A stretch of DNA of 64,000 nucleotides from the human T2T-CHM13v2.0 reference genome, Homo sapiens. The notes under the pieces were generated by a model, which did no database searches, had not been told where the DNA came from, and saw only the letters and a list, made by a program, of their open reading frames with translations. Positions 37,761 through 52,874 of the stretch are shown here, piece by piece (the first letter of the stretch is position 1; every line of letters begins with the position of its first letter). The DNA lies in the NCBI RefSeq assembly GCF_009914755.1, contig NC_060931.1; one strand, written 5' to 3'. The position numbers and the translations under genes were made by a program.

Positions 37761-40624
37761 GCTCACTCTTGACAATAAATTTTCAAGTGTTTAAACTGCA
37801 ATGATGTAAGCAACTGCCTCTTACTGCTCTTTTAGTTTTGCCCCTGGGAGCATTGGCCGCCTTAGTTTCTGGAATATGACAATATTCTTCTCCAAGTAGT
37901 GATACAAAATACTATCTGTTGGATTTTTTCCTAATAGTGCTGACAGTTAATTGTACCTATAGCACACATCATTAGTATATGGGTTTCACTACCATAAGGC
38001 TTTAGCCTGGTTGTTGTTGTTGTTGTTTTCCTCTCCAATTGTAAATGCCAGCTTCTAGGCTTAGTTTTTATTTTCAAGACTCTTTTTGCTTAGATTCCCA
38101 TTTCGGAAGCATAATGGGATTGTTCATTTTTAATAAAGTGCTCTGTAAAGTGAAAGTTGAGAGCTAGATGGAGATTTTGTGTGACAGTAAGTCTCTGGTT
38201 TCAAATTGCTTGAATTTTGCATTATCACATTTTCTCTTTTTGGTTAATTAGTCTTATCTTGATCATACTACTTAGATACTTGGAAGATTTTTTTAAGCTT
38301 CTCATTCTAATTTTTATTTTTAGAAGAAACCTGACTGCAACTTTAGAAACATAATTGTAAATCATGTTAAGGGATATACAAAGCCACTGCATTCCTTTTA
38401 TAATAAGGATTTATTTGCGATATGAACTATGGGCAATCAGTTGCTACTAAGACATAGCCTTAGCCTACATTCTAGACTAGTATATAAAAATTTGCATCAT
38501 TGTTCTAAGAATTCAACGTAAAAGGGTCATAAGAGTTCCAAAAATGAATTACATAATTTCAGATAAAGAAGAACTTCCCAATAATTCCTGGAGATTTCCT
38601 CAGAAAAGGTAGCATGCTTTTTGTTTTCATTTTCCCATAAAAATATATTAATTTTATAATTAACATGAATTTTGCTTTTAGAATAGAGCAGGTAGAATCT
38701 GTAGACATGGTAGAACAGATCAAAGTGGAAAGTATATATTCTACACATTTTAAATACAAAACATACATTTCACCTTGAAAAATAAAACATCTGAGATCTA
38801 CTACTGATTTTTCTGCCATGATAATCAAAAAGGAAAGAGAGTGAGAAAGGTAAGGAGGTTATAGAGGAAAGAATGAGAAAAGGTCGGCAGGGAGGAAGAA
38901 AGCAAAGCCAAATATTTTGGCTATACTTATTAACCACAACTAAAAACTAGTGTGGGTAGATGAAGCATAGGAATATGCACAGTTTCACACAATATCTCAG
39001 CATTTCCTCCTCTTCTTTAGTTGTTATTGTCTACATATAACATTCATATTTATATTTGCAGGCTTTTCATAGTTGATCATTCTTGTGGGTATGTGCATCC
39101 AGTCCTCTTCAATAATGTTGAGAGAGTTGGATAATTCTCATTCCAAACAGTTCTTGGTCATTTAACTCTTAATGTTCTTCATTCCAGAAAACAGACCGAT
39201 TCTATTCTAGGAAATATTAGCTTTCTCTCAGGTGGCTAACAATTTTATAAGAACCAATTTTATCATGTCATTGTACGATTTTGTGCAAATGAGTTAGCTT
39301 GTAAATGACAGGCAGTAACATTATAGTGTTTTCAATGCTATTCAGATTGTGAAGAGCCAGAAATATCATAGAGCTAGTCTGCCATTGAAATAGTAAAATA
39401 AATATTTTTATTGAAATGCATTAAATGGTTGGAGAGTCATAGGCTGAAATAAAATAGAAAGGGACACTCAGAGATAAATTTGACGGGAGATCTCAGAGCT
39501 ACTTCCTACATAATCATAGTGCAAGGAATGGGGATCCAGTGATAGAATTTATAGCAATGGTTTAGCCTTGAATGACTATAATAAAGAAAGTATGGAGGCT
39601 GAACATTTTATCACTTTAGAAAGGATACTTGAGACTGCTTCAACTGCTTGAATATAATTCAGCCTCTTCGATTACAAATATGACCCAATCAAATCCCAAA
39701 GACCTGAAACAGTGGGGGTCAGTTCCCTTTTTTCTGTGCTTAGAGAGTGATGTGCAAACATGAAGCACATATTTACTTCAACATGTTTGTGTGGAGAACT
39801 GTGGTTGTAGGCACTCTTTTCAATTGCAACTGTGTTGCGGAAAAAGAAAATAAAGGGAAAAGGATCAAAGCATAGAATGAAGCCTAAACATATTTGTAGA
39901 TGTCCTATTGATGGAGAATGGTATTTATCTTTGAAACAAGAAGCTTTGTTTAAATCCATAACATTCTTTTTACTAAGAAACAATAGTCCTTTGTTAATAA
40001 CATGTGATAATCATACAAACAGTTCAAACATTATCAATAAAATAATAATAATGTTATTGTTGGTTTCTGGATTTCTGCTGTTGTGAAACAGGAATAGTAA
40101 AAATGTAAGCTTGTTGACTATTTGTTTTTTCCATAAGTAGTTAGTGAAAAGAAATCTTGGTAGGTGCCAGTGAAATAATGGCAAGTATTGAGATAACTTC
40201 CAGTTTTGCTAAAAGGAAAAAATACAGTACTTATTTGGAAACTCTTATTAAAAGCTTCAAACAAAATGTAAATCTTTGAATTTATCAATAAAATCTGTTA
40301 ATAAGACATTGGTATTAACTCATAACGATATTGGTTCATAAAATCCCCATAATTAGGATGTCTAATTTTTTGAGACTACCAAAGCTTCAAAGGCCTTTAG
40401 ACCTCTTAAAAAGAATATTTTACTTCATTTATATTAAATCAGTATTTAATAAATTAAATAATTATTTAGATTTTAGACAATTTCAACATTTAAAAAATAC
40501 TACTAATGTGCTTAAAATCTTGCAAAACTTAAAAAGTGATCACTACTAAACCAATAGTCTTAACAATTGAAAGTTATCACACATACCTACTTGAGGTGAC
40601 ATCATAGAATATTCAATCTTCTGC

Positions 40625-42600
40625 CAGTCGCAGAGTTTTATAGTTTCGGGTCTTACATTTAAGTCTTAAGATGAATTTTGAGTAGATTTTTGTGTATTGT
40701 GTAAGATAGGGTGCAATTTCATATTTTTCAACTTGTATATCCACTTTTCCCAGTACCATCTATTGAAAATAATATCTTTTCTTCATTCTGTATTCTTGGC
40801 ACTTTTGTGTAAGATTAGTTGGCCATATATGTAGAAATTTATTTCTCTGTTTTCTATTCTGTTCAATAGGTCTATGTTTCTGTTTTTATGCCAGTACTAT
40901 ACAGTTTTGATTATGATAGCTTTGCAATATAATTTGAAATCAGGAAGTGCAACTGGTCCACTTTTGTTTTTCTTTTTCAAGATTGCTTTGGCTATTCAGG
41001 ATTTTTTTTGTGGTTCTACTTGAATTTTAGAATTTTTTCTCTATTTCTGTGAAAATATAATTGCAATTTTGGATTACTTTTAATCTGCAGATCACTTTGG
41101 GCAATATGGATATTTAAAAAATATTACTTCTTCCAATTCAAAAACACAGGATATCTTTAAATTTGTTTGTGTCTTCCTCAATTTATTTCATCAACATTTT
41201 ATAATGTTTAGTGTACAGATCTTTTACCTTCTTGGTTAAAATTATTTCTAAGTATTTTATTATTTGTTATGCTATTATAAATGAGATGGTTTTTTAATTT
41301 CATTTTTTGATAATTTATTTTTAGTGTATTGAGCACAATTGGCTTTTGTACGTAGATTTTATATCCTTAGGTGTTAATGATTTCGTTTATTCTAACATCT
41401 TTTTGGTGGAGTCTTTAAGGTTTTCTGTATATAAGAGCAGACCATCTGAAAACAGAGACAGTTTTCTTCTTCCTTTTTGATTTGGATGCCTTTTATTTTT
41501 CTTGCCTAATACACCTGGCTAGGACTTCCAGTACTATTTTGAATACAAGTGACTAGAGTGGACACCCTTGCCTTGTTCTTGATCTTACAGAAAAAACCTT
41601 TCCATCTCTCACCAGAGGATAACGTTAGCTGTAAGCTTGTCATGGCCAATAAATATGGCCTTTATTATATTCAGGTACATTCTTTTTATATTTAGCTTGT
41701 TGAGCATTTTCATCATGCAAGGGTGTGTTACATTTTGCCAAATACTTTTCCTGTATCTATTAAGATGATCATATGACTTATCATTCATTTTGTTAATGTG
41801 GTGTGTCATATTTATGATTCATGTATGTTGAACTATCCTTCTGTTTTAGGGATAAATTCTACTTGACTGTGATCTGTGACCCTTTTAATGTGCTGTTTGA
41901 TGTGTTGATTTTAACTATCTATCTATCTATACATATATATATGTTAATCATGGATATTGGCTGTAATTTGCTTTAAGAATTTGTTCTGCTTTTGATATCA
42001 TGGGAATGCTGGCCTTAATAGGGTGAGTTTCAAGGTGTTCCTTCCTCTTTGATTTTTTTTTGAAAGAGTTTGGGAATAATTGGCATTAATTCTTCAAATG
42101 TTTGGTAGAATTTACCAGTGAAGCCACATGGTCTTGGGCTTTTGTTTGTTGAGTGGTTTTTGATCAATGAGTTAATCTCCTCATTTATTGTTGGTCTATT
42201 TAGATGTTCTATTTCTTCTTGATTCAATTGGTATAAATTGTATGTTTCTACGAATTTATTCATTTCTTCTAGTTTATCTAATTCATTGGCATAAAAGTGT
42301 TCATAGTAGTCTAATGATGTATTTGTATTTCTGTGGTGTCAGTTGTAATGTCTCAACTTTCATTTATAATTTTATGTATTTAATCTTCTGTCTTTCCTAG
42401 TTAGTCTAACTAAAGGTTTTGTTTACCTTTCCAAAAAAAAAAAAAATCAATTCTCTGTTTTCTGTTTTTTTTTTTTTTCTATTCTGTATTTCCTTTATTT
42501 CTTCCTGATCTTTATTAACATCTTTCCTCGGGCTGACTTTGGGTTTAGTTTGTTCTTCTTATTCAATTTTCTTGAGGCATAACGATAATTTGTTTGAGAT
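40625..42600 (-). mobile_element. L1M (MA/MB-type) ORF2 fragment
   Basis: ORF-track remnants MNKFVETYNLYQLNQEEIEHLNRPT...KSPRPCGFTGKFYQTF and THHINKMNDK are L1 ORF2 Z/RT-region sequence. Confidence 0.9.
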
Positions 42601-42609
42601 TTAAAAAAA

Positions 42610-42769
42610 TTTTTTCTTTTCTGGAGACAGAGTCTCACTCTGCCAAGCTGGAATGCAGTGATGCAATCACAGCTTACTGCAGCCTAGACCCCCTGAGATT
42701 AAGCAATCCTCCTGCCTGAGCCTCCTAGGTAGCTAGGGCTACAGGCATATTCCACAACACCTGGCTAAT
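42610..42769 (-). mobile_element. AluJ right arm
   Basis: gagacagagtctcactctg...gcaatcacagcttactgcagcctagacccc...aagcaatcctcctgcc. Confidence 0.85.
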
Positions 42770-42862
42770 ATATATGTGTATATATTATATATACACACAC
42801 ATATATATATACACGTATATATACATATATACACATATATATATAATTTATATATATATAAT
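42767..42862. repeat. (TA)n/(CATA)n simple repeat
   Basis: Direct inspection. Confidence 0.85.
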
Positions 42863-43164
42863 TTATTCACAAATAATAGAAAGCTAAGAGAGTTCATTAC
42901 CACTAAACCTGAGCTACAAAATCTAATAAAGGATTTCCTTCAAGTTGAAATGGAAGGATGCTAAATAACAATATGAATTCATATGAACGTAGTATCATAA
43001 TTAGTGAATTAGCCAAAGAGCAAGATATTTTTCTTTATTTGTATTTTTTAAAACATTGGCCTAAATATACGTATTCCATCCCCCAAACACATTGTTCTGA
43101 CCCAGATGTCAATTCATGAAAACTTGCTGTCATAAAAATTTAGTAGTCAAGTCAAAATATTTAT

Positions 43165-43535
43165 TATTTACTCCTTGGTATTTACCCAAATGAATTGAAA
43201 ACTTATTTTTACATAAAAACCTGTACAGAGATGTTTGTCAGCTTTATTTATGATTGTCAAAATTTGGACACAAAAAAGATATCCTTCAATAGGTTAATAG
43301 ATAAATAAGTTGTGGTTCATCCAGCCAACCAATATTATTCAGTGTTTTAATAAAATGCACTATCAAGCCAGCTATGAAAAGACATGTGGAAAACTTAAAT
43401 GCATATTAAGTGAAAAAAGCCAATCTGGAAGGGCATATGCTATATAATTCCAACTATTATATGACATTCTAGTAAAGGCTAAACTTTGGAGTCAGTAAAA
43501 ATATCAGTGGCTCCCAGGAGTTATGGAGGACGAGA
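43165..43535 (+). mobile_element. L1MC/MD 3' fragment
   Basis: actccttggtatttacccaaatgaattgaaaactta...aaacttaaatgcatattaagtgaaaaaagccaatctg. Confidence 0.75.
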
Positions 43536-43539
43536 GTTG

Positions 43540-43619
43540 TTTTTTTTTTTTTTGAGATGGAGTCTCGCTGTGTCACCCAGGCTGGAGTGCAGAGGCGCAA
43601 TTTCAGCTCACTGAAACCT
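43540..43619 (-). mobile_element. Alu 3' fragment
   Basis: polyT then gagatggagtctcgctgtgtcacccaggctggagtgcag...gctcactgaaacct. Confidence 0.85.
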
Positions 43620-46600
43620 TAACTTGGAAGATTTAAGAAAACCAGTTAGTGTTCTAAAACAATTTCAAAAAGTTACTCTTTTAAAAATGTAATTGCATAA
43701 AGCTGAATCTTACTTTACTACTTTTCATTTTGTAGCAAACTATATTTCTCTGGTATTCTTGGAAGACGAAATTCTCAGTATGTATTTGTGTGCCACCAAC
43801 TCTTGCCCAAAACATTCTGCTTTGTTGAAAAAGGCTCTTCATTTTGAGCGAGAGGGTAAAAGTAAGTGGAATCAACTGGTAGGCATGTAAAGAGAGGTTC
43901 ATTTGTGGACTATACTCACATACATTATAAGATGCTTTTGGTATTAATAGTTTGATTTCAGTGCCTTTGTGGGTGGTTTAAGATGTAATACTCTATATTC
44001 CTGGGTGATATAGAAAAAAAAGAATTATACTTTTTGTGGTATTTTTTAAAATAAATGCACAGAGATGTGAGATAATGGGAAAAAATTGAGGTATCATAGT
44101 ATCTAATGCTAATGAGAAACTCCTGGGCCAACAACGTCCTTTACTGAATGATTATCTTCATTTGGACTGAATATGGACTTAGCAAATCTTGGGGACAAGC
44201 CTAAAGAGTTGTAGACTTTCTGATGCGCTGTTTATTTGTTTCCTGGTCTCTCAAAACCACAGATAATCATACTTTTTAAAAAAGCAAGAATTTCTAAAAA
44301 TCATCTTTTCACTCTCACTCCCAGGTTCCCCAAATCACTGAGAAATATTTGAGGATTTTGTTGCCCAGTTTAAAATTACTAGACATGTCATGTTAGCACA
44401 ATAGCAATAGGCACTAGTTATGTAGCCTGCTTGTGTTAACAATAAAAGGTCAGGATTTAAGAAAAAATATATGTCTCCAATCAATGGCCCTGGTGTTTTT
44501 CTGATTAAAAGCAAAGAAGGCTTTACACAGAAGCCAAATGAAGTCATTGAAAGTTGAAAATAAACAATTACAAACATTGTGTTTTTCCTTTCTCTTATCA
44601 TTTTATTTTCAGTTAATAAAGAGCATAATCTATTTGTACCTGCTTTTGCCTTAGGAGCTGGAAGAAGATAATGAAAATATTTTACTATCTGTTTTCAAAT
44701 TATAAGCTGTGTTTCCAAAGAAAGTAAAAACTCATGTATATTATCACATTATTGTTCTCAGGGGATTGCAGTCACCATAGTGATTGTAATTACATGGCTT
44801 CATTAACTTTATATATTCTACCTGTTATGGGGGGGGTTCACATTAAGAAAACTTGCATATGCAGGAAATGAATGTCATTTGCAGAGAGCTAATGTCATTA
44901 AAATTTAGGCAGTCCCTATCATGCAAAGGGGTTTCCATTGGGATATGCTTTTCAGTATGCCCTGTATAGTCATCGTACAGAAATCTATTTCCAAAGCTCT
45001 AAAAGTAAAACCTTTAGAGGAAAATATTAGAAATCAACAACTATTTTAACAAATCTGGTTTATGCTGGAATTGAATTACTGACACAAATGCTATTAAAAC
45101 ACACCAGTATAACATGGTTCTGAAAAAAATGTAAATATTTTGAATATTTGCAGTGTTCTTGCACAGCATGTGCGTATGTGTGTGTGTGTGTTTGCATGCT
45201 TTCTTGTACTACTTGATTGTGTGACCCATATTTTTTAAATGCATATTGTTGTTTGTTGGCACTTTCTATAGTTATTGACCAATTTAATCTGTTAATCTTC
45301 ACTATAATTGCTTAAAATTTCAACATAATGTCAAGTGAAGAAATAATAAACAAACAGGAGACATAAATAAAAGAAAAAAAGGAAATGAACTTTTAAAATA
45401 CTAAATTCAGAATTAAGGCCCCTACGATGAATGCATTTTAGAAATTTTGAAAGGCAGGATAATTTTTAAAAGGGTTTCATATATCTTTGTGTTTGGAGCA
45501 CATGTACTTAAACTTTTGGTAACATCAGAATGCTGAGTAGTCTAGAGAGGAAACTATAAGGTGAGAGCAGGTGAGGGGCTGCCCATCGTTACCAAGGAAA
45601 TGAATACCCATACTCTCATACGCTTGCCCTAGCACACTTCAAGCCTGTATCAGAAGTTCTTGTCTTTCTAATTTCTGTTTGCCATACTAGGATCAATATC
45701 AACTATTGAGAACAATGTCATTAACAGCAGTAAAGCACTCATCGTATAAATAGGGAAATGGGTGTGATATTTGCCATATGGCAGAGGCTATCAAAATTCC
45801 TAAGGAACACTCTTGAAAACCAGATTCAAAGCAACTCATAATTTATTTTTAGCTATTAAAATTCACAGTAGTTCACAATAATAAAGAAATTACCCATTTT
45901 CTGGTATAAAATTACATCCTAGGGAATTACATTACACACGTAAATTATGGTGGGCTGTTTTCAATCTGTATCTTTTTAGGTTAATTAATTCTTCACGAAA
46001 GGTGATGTATGTAAGTATTGAGTGAAAAAAATCACTTTATACAGGCAATTCACATAGATCTCAAAGTTGAAAGCAACAGAGTTAACAATGACAGAGTTCA
46101 GAGGTAACGGGAAAAAAATCAATTTTTAATCAAATTATTCCTATAACTTCTGAAATTTTCTCTATCTGATTAAGAAGTTTATAACATTTACGTTAAATAA
46201 TTTAGAAGAATGAATACATTGAGTGAATAAATTAAAATACGTTTTTCCTTTTCTGCTAGCCAGACAATTTTGCTCTCTTTTTGACTGTAATATATAGGAC
46301 GGACTTTCCTAGGGTAAAGGTAACCACCTTTTGGATCAAAATGACATCCTGATTTGTTGGCAGAACATCATGTAAGTTAATTTATGACCACTTCTAAATG
46401 AAAATGACCCAAATCAATTGACCTCTTATTAAATGGGTTGTGTACCTATTATTAATTTTGGACACTGCAATCAATGCCTGTTTAGATTTGTTGGAAAAAA
46501 ATAACACATAGCCTTTTTTGGTTAGTTTGTTGTTGTTTGAAAATACAACAGAAGTTTATGGACTTATGCCCCTAAATCTATCAACAATTATTTATTTTGT

Positions 46601-46919
46601 ATTTTGGAAGCAAGATAACTCTTTAAATAATTATATATTTATTTTAACTGTGACTCTTAAAAATATTCAGTTCAATCAACAAATGTTTTTGAGCATCTAC
46701 TGTTCTAATCCAGTGTTTGGCAACCATGGCTGTTTCCTGAATCAGTTAGTAAAGTTTACAAAATTACATACGCATAGGTACTCCTTCAAACTTATTATAT
46801 CAGAGTTTGTGGCGCGAGATTAGTTCTTGTATATTTTTTAAAGCTTCAGAGAGTATCCTATGTTTAATAATAATTGAGGACCACTTTTCTAGGCATTATA
46901 AAGCATATAGAAAACACAC

Positions 46920-47289
<370 letters not shown>

Positions 47290-47319
47290 TTAACAAAAAC
47301 TCCTAAAACAACAAAATTT

Positions 47320-47632
47320 TATCAACTACAGTCCTCATTTGCACGTTAGATTTCTAGGAGTGTTCATCCTATATATCTGCTACTTTGTATCTTTTGTACC
47401 ATATTTCCCCATTTCCTCACCACCAGCCCTGCCCCCGATAACCACTGTTTTATTCTATTTTTGCTGTGTTTGGACCCTTTTAAAAGCTTCTACCTATAAG
47501 TGAGATCATGATGCAATATTGTTCTGCCTCTGTTTTACTTCACTTAGCATAATGTCTTCCAGGTCCATCAGTGTTGTGGCAAATGGTAGGATGTCCTTTT
47601 ATTTTTACAGCTAAGTAGTATTCCATTGTGTT
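47320..47632 (-). mobile_element. L1MA 3' fragment
   Basis: tataagtgagatcatg...ttcacttagcataatgtcttccaggtccatcagtgttgtggcaaatggtagg. Confidence 0.8.
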
Positions 47633-47900
47633 TAAATATAAATAATATATACATATATTTATAATATATTATATATACATGTATATATAATGTATATGTA
47701 ATATATAAATATAATATGTAATATGTATATAACACGTATATATAATCTATTACATATACATTATATATACACATCACATATTTCATGTATATATGCACAT
47801 ATAATATGTATATATGATATGTGTATATAACCTAACATAATAATGTATATATAATAATGTATATATAATATAAATACATACATACATATATTTATATATC
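47633..47900. repeat. Long degenerate (TA)n low-complexity tract
   Basis: Direct inspection. Confidence 0.9.
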
Positions 47901-48059
47901 TTATGTTAAGAAGGAAGTTAAATACAAAAAATTAGAAAATTACACTTAGAGCCACTTTGTGAGAAGATTAGTTGAGTAATAAAGAAAAAATACAGTTCTG
48001 AGTGAGATAATTTAGTACAGTACTCACAAATTTCTGTGTGTCTTAATCTCTTGGAAACC

Positions 48060-48700
48060 TTGCATATGCAGATGCAGGTCAGCAGTGAAGGAATAAAGAC
48101 TCTTTTCACCTAGAGGATAGCCCTGAACAACCAGGGAAGATGGGAACACTCTTCACTTGCTACGTCCCTAGATAGACAAAGATGGAGAATGGAGCTCAGA
48201 GGAGAGGCCTCGCCCAGAGTTATACATTTGAGAACTGGAAACTTATAGAATGCTACTTGAAAACTACAGAAATGCATGGTATTACCAATGGAGTGTATGC
48301 AAACAGAGAAAAGAATGTTCAAGATGAATCACTAAATATGTGAAACATTTCATTTCGAGATTAAGTGGAGGGAAATTAACTAACAAAGGAGATTAAAAAA
48401 GGGTGGCCAGGGAGGTGGAAACAAAACCAGGAAGATAGGACTTTCCAGAAGATTAATGAGGAGAGCTATTTTCTTTAAGGAAGTGACTGTGTCTAAGGCT
48501 GATGATTTTAAGTCAGGTACACATAGAAAATTGTCCATTAAATCTTGCACTATGAAAATTAGTGGTGACCTTGCAATTTTGGCCAAGTGATGGGCACAAA
48601 ACCTAGATTGGAATGGGTTACGAATACATAGTAAATGAGGAAATGACAGCAATGTAATACACCCTTTTGGGATCTTTGACCGTTAAGAATGTTAAAGAAT
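48060..48700 (-). mobile_element. L2 fragment
   Basis: gaaaattgtccattaaatcttgcactatgaaaattagtggtgaccttg...aaacctagattggaatgggtt. Confidence 0.6.
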
Positions 48701-48954
48701 TAAAGTGGTTGTCACTAGGCTTGCTATGCTGCTTGCTTTTACTGCCCCTTTGGAAAAATTAGTAAAAAAGTTGTTGGTAGATATATTAGAAAAAAAAATC
48801 CCTGTTTGATTACATGCAGTTATAAACCAGAGATATATTAGTATATTAGGGAGTAGAATACAGACTACATTTCAGCTTCTGTGTCCGTATTCAGCCAGGT
48901 TTCTTTGAATCGTACAGTCCTGAATTGCGTATGAAAATAAAAATTTGTTTAAGA

Positions 48955-49225
48955 TGTTGTGATAAAATAAAAATAAATATTTGGTCTTTGTCTCCAGTTC
49001 CTGTCATACAAGTCCTAAAAACCTTGGACTCCCCAGAGTTATGAGAGTGTCTTCTGTATTGCTAATGAAATAACTAGTGGCTAGGGATCGGTAGATAGTT
49101 CAATTCGATTTCTGAGTAGTTGGACATCCAGTTGTTGTCTGTAGATAATTGGAGAACTGGTGTCAGGAGGAAAAAGACACCTCTCATGTGATGTTAGACA
49201 TGTGGGTAAAAACAGTTCAGATGGC
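48955..49225 (+). mobile_element. MER21-like LTR, internally deleted
   Basis: aaatatttggtctttgtctccagttcctgtcatacaagtcctaaaaaccttgg...gagagtgtcttctgtattgctaatga. Confidence 0.6.
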
Positions 49226-52200
49226 TACACATGATGTTGTCCTCAGCGTCTGTACCAGTTTCATAATCTCTAAGTATCATGTCAACTAGTTGATTAAAAT
49301 GAATCTTGGTGTTTTGTGTTCCAGCATAGGGAATTGGTTTTGGAAATATTCAAGGCAGTTCAGGTGTCTGGAAATACCTACCTAGAAACAGACTCACATG
49401 TTGATTGTTTACTAGTGAAAGTGTAAATTTGCTACTACTAGTTGGGGGAGCAAAAGTAATTGCAGAAATCAAGAGAATAGAAAGTGAGTTAATTTCAGTT
49501 TTGAGGTACTGACAGAGCTATCTGTCACTAGATAATTTTTGCAGGATCAGACACATTATTTTCGTCATCATATTTCCAACACTTAGCACAGTGCCTGGAC
49601 AGCTTAGGAATTCATTAAAATGTTTGTTTAATTGTACTGAAATTCCAAAAGGATAATTTAATAGCTAACAGTTACATAAGTGTAGATGAGAAGCCATATA
49701 ATGGGATGGATGTCGAGAATGGTGGTTAATAGACAGAGGCTGGTTTTGAAGTTGGTAAAAGTGGGTAAGCCACAGTGAAAGCTACTTTTTTGGAAAACAG
49801 AATTGTGTCAAGTGTTGTGCTTTCCTTGAACCTCCCTGTATCCCAAGTGGTCCTTCCTTGTGTCCTGTCTTAGGGGGAAAGCACTGAGGGAGAATTTATT
49901 TGGAGGAATATACTAGACTGTTCCCTTTTTCAATAAGTTGATAGTATGATAGACCAAACCAAACAAACAACAACAAGAAGCCATATCCTGAGGGGAGTAG
50001 GTCATGCACATTAGAGGTTTTGATTGGTAGTACATCAGATAGGTTTGACACTTAGCCAGTAAATGGCTTAGTAAGCTACAAACAGACATCCATGTGGGTA
50101 GGACTGCACAGGAATTATGGTTAAAAAAAAAAAGGCAGACAAGGATCTTGACAGGTGAGTTGAATGCTGAAGCAGCAGGCAAGCAGGTATTTGCCATTAA
50201 CGTGATTTCACAAGAAATAGAAACATGGCTGCATTAAGAACAGAAGGAAAGGCAGGACCAATGAGAGTATGATGGGAAAAAATTCGTAATCTCAGTAAAT
50301 TGCAGTTCATCAAGGCAGGGACTCAGACATTAAGAGAAAAGCCAGTCACAATGTGACTATGGTCAAGGTAGACTTGTTTCATATTTGTAATTGGAGCTTT
50401 CAACTGGCCTAGAACTCTAGTTACCGCACGAACTGGGAAAATTGAAGAAGCTGATAAGTACACAGCTTGGCTTGCCATGGCAGCTGTATTTCCCCTGCTG
50501 TAATGTTATGTCACTTTATTGACTAAATTGCTTAATTTAGCACTTATATGTAGCCTTCATTTTTATTCAGCTTTATAAAAAATTTTTTTTCTCTTCCAGA
50601 AAAAATAATTTCTACAGGATTGGCATTATTTTATATGTATTTTTTTTGTATTCCCACTTACTAGTACAGTGTTAACCGATTTAACAAGTCTTCAATAAGT
50701 ACTTGTACAATTGACATGTTAACTTTTTCATGTCAGGAAATAATTTAGAAATTGGACTTTTCTAAATTAAGGGGATGAAGTCAAAGGTAGTTATGTTATT
50801 TTTAAAGGAAATGAATGCATTGGAATATGCTGAATCTCACAAATAATATGTGCATTTTTCTATGAAAATGAGTTTAACAGAAATTTTATAACTATTTCTG
50901 CATCTTTCTTGTACTACTTGGTTGCTGCCATCTTGATTGTTTTAGGATGTTTTGTGAAATCTGTATCTTTATATTTTGTGAAAAGGGAATAAAGCTTCTC
51001 TAAATTGATTTGATGCACTGAAGAAATTGTATGGGCAATCTCCCTTTGTTATATTAAATTACCCAAGACATAGAGTAGCTTAAAAATATTCTCTTACAAA
51101 TGCTACTATTCAGAAAAGTACAGTAATATGGCATTACCAGATGTCTTTTTAATGTCTTTCTATTGAAAAATGCAATTTTTAAGGAAAATTAAGTACTTCT
51201 ATTGTATAAACTTCATCAACAATCAAATGACCATAATCCGATTTGTTCTTCAGGGCCTTCCTTATCACACACAGGTCCTCCCAGAAACTCAAAATGAAAA
51301 TGGTGGCACTGTAGGAATCTACAACCAGAGCCAGCATCTATTATGATATATTTAGTTCCCACACAATGCATTTTCCTTATTAACATTAATTATGTGGTAA
51401 AGGAAATTGGATGATTCATAAAAGCAGAAAGCATTTGGCTTGACCACATTTTATAGCAGTTCAAATAAGAATTCTTAATGCTGTTTAACAAATGTCTTTT
51501 CCACTCTTCATTAAAGCCCCTTGTTGCCATCCAATCTTGATTTTAGAAATTAAAGCTAACAACCAGATTGAGAGAATCAGGAGAGTGACAGCATGGGGCA
51601 AAGTCTCAAAGCCACAACTAACAGCATGGAGCAAAGTGAACCTCAAGCTATTGCAGCTCTCAAAGAAGGCTGGGAAGGGGAGGAATGCATTTGCAGGGCA
51701 ACTCAATTATAGCAACCCTCAGCCATAGGAAGTACTTGTGAATGTTGACATGAAAGCTTTTTCCCTTAATGTTTTAATTAAATACCTAGAAGCCAACGCT
51801 TCTTCTCAGTTAGTGTCAGAACACTGCTTCTTGGTGGATAAATGTTTACAACACAAGCTCAGCTGAGGATTTCTACAAGCATGACTCTAAGAACTAAGAA
51901 GGCTTTTGCTGAGGCACTTGAGATCAAGAAAGCAGTAGTGATTATAAACTAGCAGCACAATAGCAGGATGGTTTAATCCACCCAAATGTCAGTTTTTGGT
52001 TTGCAAGTTGGCAATCCCACCTTCATCTTCAGACAAAAGGGCACTGGTTAGTCATCTGTTTAATTCTTTAGCTTCAGTGTGTCATTTGGATATTGAAGGA
52101 AAATCTCTTGTTTCAGTCTGCCATTTCTGACAGCCTCCCTCTAGACCCCATTAATAAGCCTTTTAGAGAACAGAATGCAAAGTAGGCAGCAGGCAGTCCA

Positions 52201-52710
52201 CAATCAAAATGGAGATAGAATAGACAGTAGAAATATATTCCCTTTGTGAAGATGGTGCTTAGGTGACCTTTGTTGAAGAGATTTCTTTTTTTAATTTAAA
52301 CTGTGTCTTTCAAGATATTAAAGCAGCATTTGCGGTGTGGTAGATGTGGGAGGTCATTTGGAATTTGGGAGTTTATGATAGGATACAGAAAAACTCAAGT
52401 GATATTTACAAAATGTGCAAACAATGGCACAGACAGGAAGCCAGGCTGGCCTTGGGCATGCCTAGGGAATATCCTTCAGAAAACAAATATGCCACTCTTT
52501 AATGTTGGTTTGAATCTCATTATAAAATTGCAAGTGAAATGAGACACACTTTGCCTCTGAAATCGTGATTCCAGAAGCAAAGCAACTGTTCTCTAATAAA
52601 GCAGCCCTGTTAAGATTTTTAGGATTTTAATGTGCTTTGAAAGCACATAATTTGTTAGATTATGGACTCTTTCTATTGAATCCCATTTTCCACTTTTAAT
52701 TCATTAATAA

Positions 52711-52874
52711 TTTTAAATTGAGAGTGTGTGTGTGAGCAACATTGTTTAATGTACCTCAATTTTGAGTTGAGTGTGTGTGTGTATGTGTGTGTACATTCTG
52801 AGCAGCATCGTTTAATGTATCTCAATTTTCAGTTGAGTGTGTGTACATTCTGAGCAACTTTGCTTAATGTATCA
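52711..52874. repeat. Three-copy imperfect tandem repeat with embedded (TG)n
   Basis: Unit approximately ttttNagttgag(tg)n(tacattc)tgagcaRcattgtttaatgtaYctcaa. Confidence 0.8.

Noticed and set aside
42600-42990. Minus-strand L1 followed by a plus-strand L1 ORF1-end fragment as a twin-priming inversion
   Set aside because: The two pieces are not adjacent in L1 coordinates, are separated by an AluJ arm and (TA)n, and no TSD is visible.
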